Positions 61,477 to 64,000 of a stretch of 64,000 nt of DNA are shown one piece after another. Source of the DNA: Thermoplasmata archaeon (GTDB lineage: Archaea; Thermoplasmatota; Thermoplasmata; Lutacidiplasmatales; UBA184); contig JAKAWX010000001.1 in assembly GCA_021816865.1 (NCBI GenBank), positions 40,794 through 104,793 of the forward strand, given 5' to 3'. Position 1 is the first letter of the stretch. Every line of letters begins with the position of its first letter. The notes under the pieces were generated by a model that was not told the origin of the DNA, ran no database searches, and saw only the letters and a program-made list of their open reading frames with translations. A program made the position numbers and the translations under genes.

Positions 61477-63666
61477 ATGTCGCGCAACCTCCCGGGTCCG
61501 AAGATCGTTCTTGCCGTCCTTGTGGCTGTCGGGATGGCCGCCTCGGGCTTCGTGTCTCTCTCGCCTTCTTGGGGTTCCAAGAGTACGATGGCCCCCCTCC
61601 CGACCGTAGCGCACGAGACGTTCTCTCGGTCGACATCGGCCGCCCATGCCGGGACGGCGTCCGTTCCGGGCCCCTCCCAGAAGCCGCCAGCTACATGCTC
61701 CCGCGGGGACTGTCCTTTCGCGAGCGGGGACAGCGCCGCTCCGGCCACATTCGGACCTTTCTGGACGAACCTGACCTCTGCGTCCAGCCCTGCCTGGACC
61801 TATAATGCCGCCATGACGTTCGACACCGCCAGCCAGTCCGTTCTCCTGTTCGGTGTGAATGGCTCGGGCGGGTCCGTCGGGGACGGCACGTGGCGCTTCT
61901 CGAGCGGCCAGTGGGCGGACCTCTCGTCCGTGGCGGGCGCGCCGCCTCCTTACCAGGCAGGGGAAAGGATGGCCTACGACGCCCGCGACGGATACGTCCT
62001 CCTGTTTGGATGCGCCGCGATAACGAGCGGCAACTGTAACGATACCTGGCAGTTCTCGGGTGGGACGTGGCATCCGGTGGGCGCCATAAGCCCCCCGCGG
62101 GCGACCGACGTGCTGGGGACTTCCGGTCAGGCGGGCCCGCTCAGCCTGGTCTACGACGCGAAGGACTCCTACGTCGTTCTGACGAACGGCATCGACACCT
62201 GGAGCTACAGCGGCGGCATCTGGTCTCCTTTCTGTCGCCTGCCGTCCAACTGCAGCGCGGGGTTCACTCCCGGGCCGAATCTGACCGGAACCGCGGTGTT
62301 CGACGCGCAGGATGGGTATGTTCTCTTTGTGGGGGTCGACGATCGTAACGGTTCGATCGTCGGGGGTGGAAGCTGGACCTGGAAGTTCAGCGGAGGCCAG
62401 TGGACCAACATCTCGGCCGTCTCGGGGACCGCACCTTCGCCCCGGGTTTCGCCCATGATGGCGTATGACTCCACCACCGGAAGTGCCCTGCTCTTCGGCG
62501 GTGCAAGTTGCACCGACCTGACCTGCGGAGGGCCGGCCTACCTCAACGACACGTGGACGTTCCGGGCGGGGGCGTGGCGGAACGTTTCCTCGGGCACCGC
62601 GCCCCCCTCTCGGTCCGACGGCCAGATCGCCGACGACCCCAAGGATTCCTCGATTCTCTTGTTCAGTGGGCAGGACGCGACCCTCCCTCGACCGAACGAC
62701 ACTTGGGCCTGGGGGGTCAGCCCGCCGATCGCGGCGCTCTCGATATCGGTGAGCCCGGCGGTTCCGGTTCCCGGCACTCCCGCGCTGTTCAACAGCTCGT
62801 TCCAAGGAGGGGTAGGGCCGTTCACCCACAGCTGGAGATTCGGCGACGGCGGCACAAGCTCGACACCGAACGCCACGCACACTTTCAGTGCCGACGGCCT
62901 TTACGTGGTGGAGCTTTGGGTGAACGACAGCGCCGGCCACACGGCCACCGCGTCCCTCCAAGTTCGGGTCTACGCCCCGTTGAGCGTGGCCATCGCAAGC
63001 GCAGCTCCCAACCCGGCGGCGCTCGGTCAACCCGTGATCTTCACCGCGAACGCGAGGGGGGGTACTCCGCCGTACACGTACGCGTGGTCGTTCGGAGACG
63101 GCGGAGTAGGAGGGAATCTCTCGGTCATCGCTCACGCCTACACAACCAACGGACCGTTCACCGCGCAGGTCACGGTCCACGACGCGGCCGGCGGCGCCGT
63201 TGGGGCGTCGGTCAGCGTCTCGATCCTGCTCCAAGCCTTGGTCGGGTCCTCGACGACGAACGGGTCTCCCCCGTTGACCGTACACTTTGTGGGACAGGCG
63301 CAAGGGGGCTCACCGCCCTACCGGTTCACTTGGACCTTCGGCGACGGCGAGAGCTCCCGGCTAGAGAACCCGACCCACACCTACGACGTCTCGGGTACGT
63401 TCACGGTGTCCTTGGCCGTTCTTGACAGCCAAAACGATAGCTCCGTGAGCTCGCTGGTCGTTCGTGTGGGGGTCTCGTCCGCCTCCGTTCCGTCGGGCCC
63501 GGGTGGGCTCTTCGACGTCGTCATCGCCGTGGGCCTCACGGCCGCGGTGGGCGCCGCATGGGTGACTTCCTACCTCGTTCAACGGTCGCGTCGCCAAGAA
63601 GGAGAACGGTGGATCAAGGAACTGAACTCGGATTCCGAGAGCCGTAGGGAGGAGCCCGAGCCATAA
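61477..63666 (+). CDS. Surface protein: N-terminal anchor + Kelch-like beta-propeller + 3 PKD modules + C-terminal TM anchor
   Basis: ORF track, 729 aa; GGAG lies 5-6 nt upstream of the ATG. Kelch-like repeats (DTWQFSGGTW, DTWSYSGGIW, WTWKFSGGQW, DTWTFRAGAW). PKD motifs WRFGDGG, WSFGDGG, WTFGDGE. C-terminal VVIAVGLTAAVGAAWVTSYL. Confidence 0.9.
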   Translation: MSRNLPGPKIVLAVLVAVGMAASGFVSLSPSWGSKSTMAPLPTVAHETFSRSTSAAHAGTASVPGPSQKPPATCSRGDCPFASGDSAAPATFGPFWTNLTSASSPAWTYNAAMTFDTASQSVLLFGVNGSGGSVGDGTWRFSSGQWADLSSVAGAPPPYQAGERMAYDARDGYVLLFGCAAITSGNCNDTWQFSGGTWHPVGAISPPRATDVLGTSGQAGPLSLVYDAKDSYVVLTNGIDTWSYSGGIWSPFCRLPSNCSAGFTPGPNLTGTAVFDAQDGYVLFVGVDDRNGSIVGGGSWTWKFSGGQWTNISAVSGTAPSPRVSPMMAYDSTTGSALLFGGASCTDLTCGGPAYLNDTWTFRAGAWRNVSSGTAPPSRSDGQIADDPKDSSILLFSGQDATLPRPNDTWAWGVSPPIAALSISVSPAVPVPGTPALFNSSFQGGVGPFTHSWRFGDGGTSSTPNATHTFSADGLYVVELWVNDSAGHTATASLQVRVYAPLSVAIASAAPNPAALGQPVIFTANARGGTPPYTYAWSFGDGGVGGNLSVIAHAYTTNGPFTAQVTVHDAAGGAVGASVSVSILLQALVGSSTTNGSPPLTVHFVGQAQGGSPPYRFTWTFGDGESSRLENPTHTYDVSGTFTVSLAVLDSQNDSSVSSLVVRVGVSSASVPSGPGGLFDVVIAVGLTAAVGAAWVTSYLVQRSRRQEGERWIKELNSDSESRREEPEP
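62745..63470 (+). repeat. Three tandem PKD domain repeats (protein level)
   Basis: Each ~80-85 aa with GG.PPY...W.FGDG...H.Y. Boundaries approximate. Confidence 0.6.
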
Positions 63667-63757
63667 TCGGGGAGAACGGGGGGTCCCGATCCGTTCCCTT
63701 CCGCCGAAGAGGACCGTCCACTTTACTTCCCCGAGGACCCATGGAGTTCTCGAGCGA

Positions 63758-64000
63758 ATGGATGCCCCGACCTGGTTCGAACTTACCCTCGTGGCCCTCG
63801 TCGGGCTCGCCGCCGGTTGGCTTCTCCGTTCGCTGTTCCGGCGCGAGCCGGTAGGGAGCCGGGTCGCGCCACCACGGGACCCGTCGGCGTCCCCCTCCTC
63901 CGCAGCGTCCGATGAAGCGGCACCGACGTACCGCCGGTCTCGCCCTGGGACAGTCGTCGTTTCCCCGCGGCTCTCGCAAGGCGCCGATACGTCGGGTCGG
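63758..64000 (+). CDS. Hypothetical membrane-anchored protein, 5' part (runs off window end)
   Basis: Manual translation from the ATG at 63758: MDAPTWFELTLVALVGLAAGWLLRSLFRREPVGSRVAPPRDPSASPSS... It is open to the window end and has an N-terminal TM helix. Weak support. Confidence 0.35.
   Translation, partial: MDAPTWFELTLVALVGLAAGWLLRSLFRREPVGSRVAPPRDPSASPSSAASDEAAPTYRRSRPGTVVVSPRLSQGADTSGR

Noticed and set aside
1-64000. A search for CRISPR arrays, rRNA genes, IS elements/transposases, integrases and prophage structural genes.
   Set aside because: I saw no regularly spaced direct repeats, no rRNA-like conserved stretches, and no DDE/tyrosine/serine recombinase signatures in any supported ORF.

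Overview
High-GC (about 70% by eye) archaeal chromosomal segment. Archaeal identity is supported by TFB, Gar1, ribosomal proteins S19e/L39e/L31e/S17e, aIF6, an Hjc-type resolvase and a GG-terminated ubiquitin-like (SAMP/ThiS-type) protein. It is also supported by A/T-rich TATA-like boxes about 25-35 nt upstream of many, probably leaderless, starts, and by two tRNA-Ser genes with an insertion in the T-loop. About 60 protein genes are supportable. Many very long ORFs in the six-frame track are antisense high-GC artefacts or 5'-over-extended, so I re-set several starts by hand using stop/start overlaps (ATGA, GTGA, TTGA), SD-like GGAG motifs or TATA spacing. Housekeeping and metabolic blocks: thiolase/DUF35/3-hydroxyacyl-CoA dehydrogenase/SCP2 (1.5-4.7 kb), PGI/PMI, Gar1-TFB, PurN, and a molybdenum-hydroxylase cluster with maturation genes (31-36.8 kb). 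Further blocks are S19e-PDCD5-L39e-L31e-aIF6 (37-39 kb), PPAT, an M50 protease, Trm11-like and Mut7-C genes, a phosphohexomutase, a GH15 glucoamylase, and a PadR-ABC exporter. Poorly understood blocks worth follow-up: (i) a tightly coupled vWA / divergent GTPase / 989-aa coiled-coil operon (39.5-45.2 kb). (ii) An SPFH(YdjI-like)/zinc-ribbon/membrane-protein operon next to a 1511-aa TPR protein, all sharing CPKCG ribbons (10.6-18.7 kb). (iii) Two translationally coupled KaiC/RecA-like ATPases, the first carrying a ~550-aa Pro/Ala-rich tail (20.7-23.9 kb). (iv) An Hjc-like nuclease divergent from an orphan P-loop ATPase plus a Zn-ribbon protein (4.7-7.2 kb). (v) Two ORF-free, hairpin-rich regions (0.68-1.56 kb and 60.2-61.5 kb). 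No rRNA, CRISPR array, transposase or integrase was recognised.
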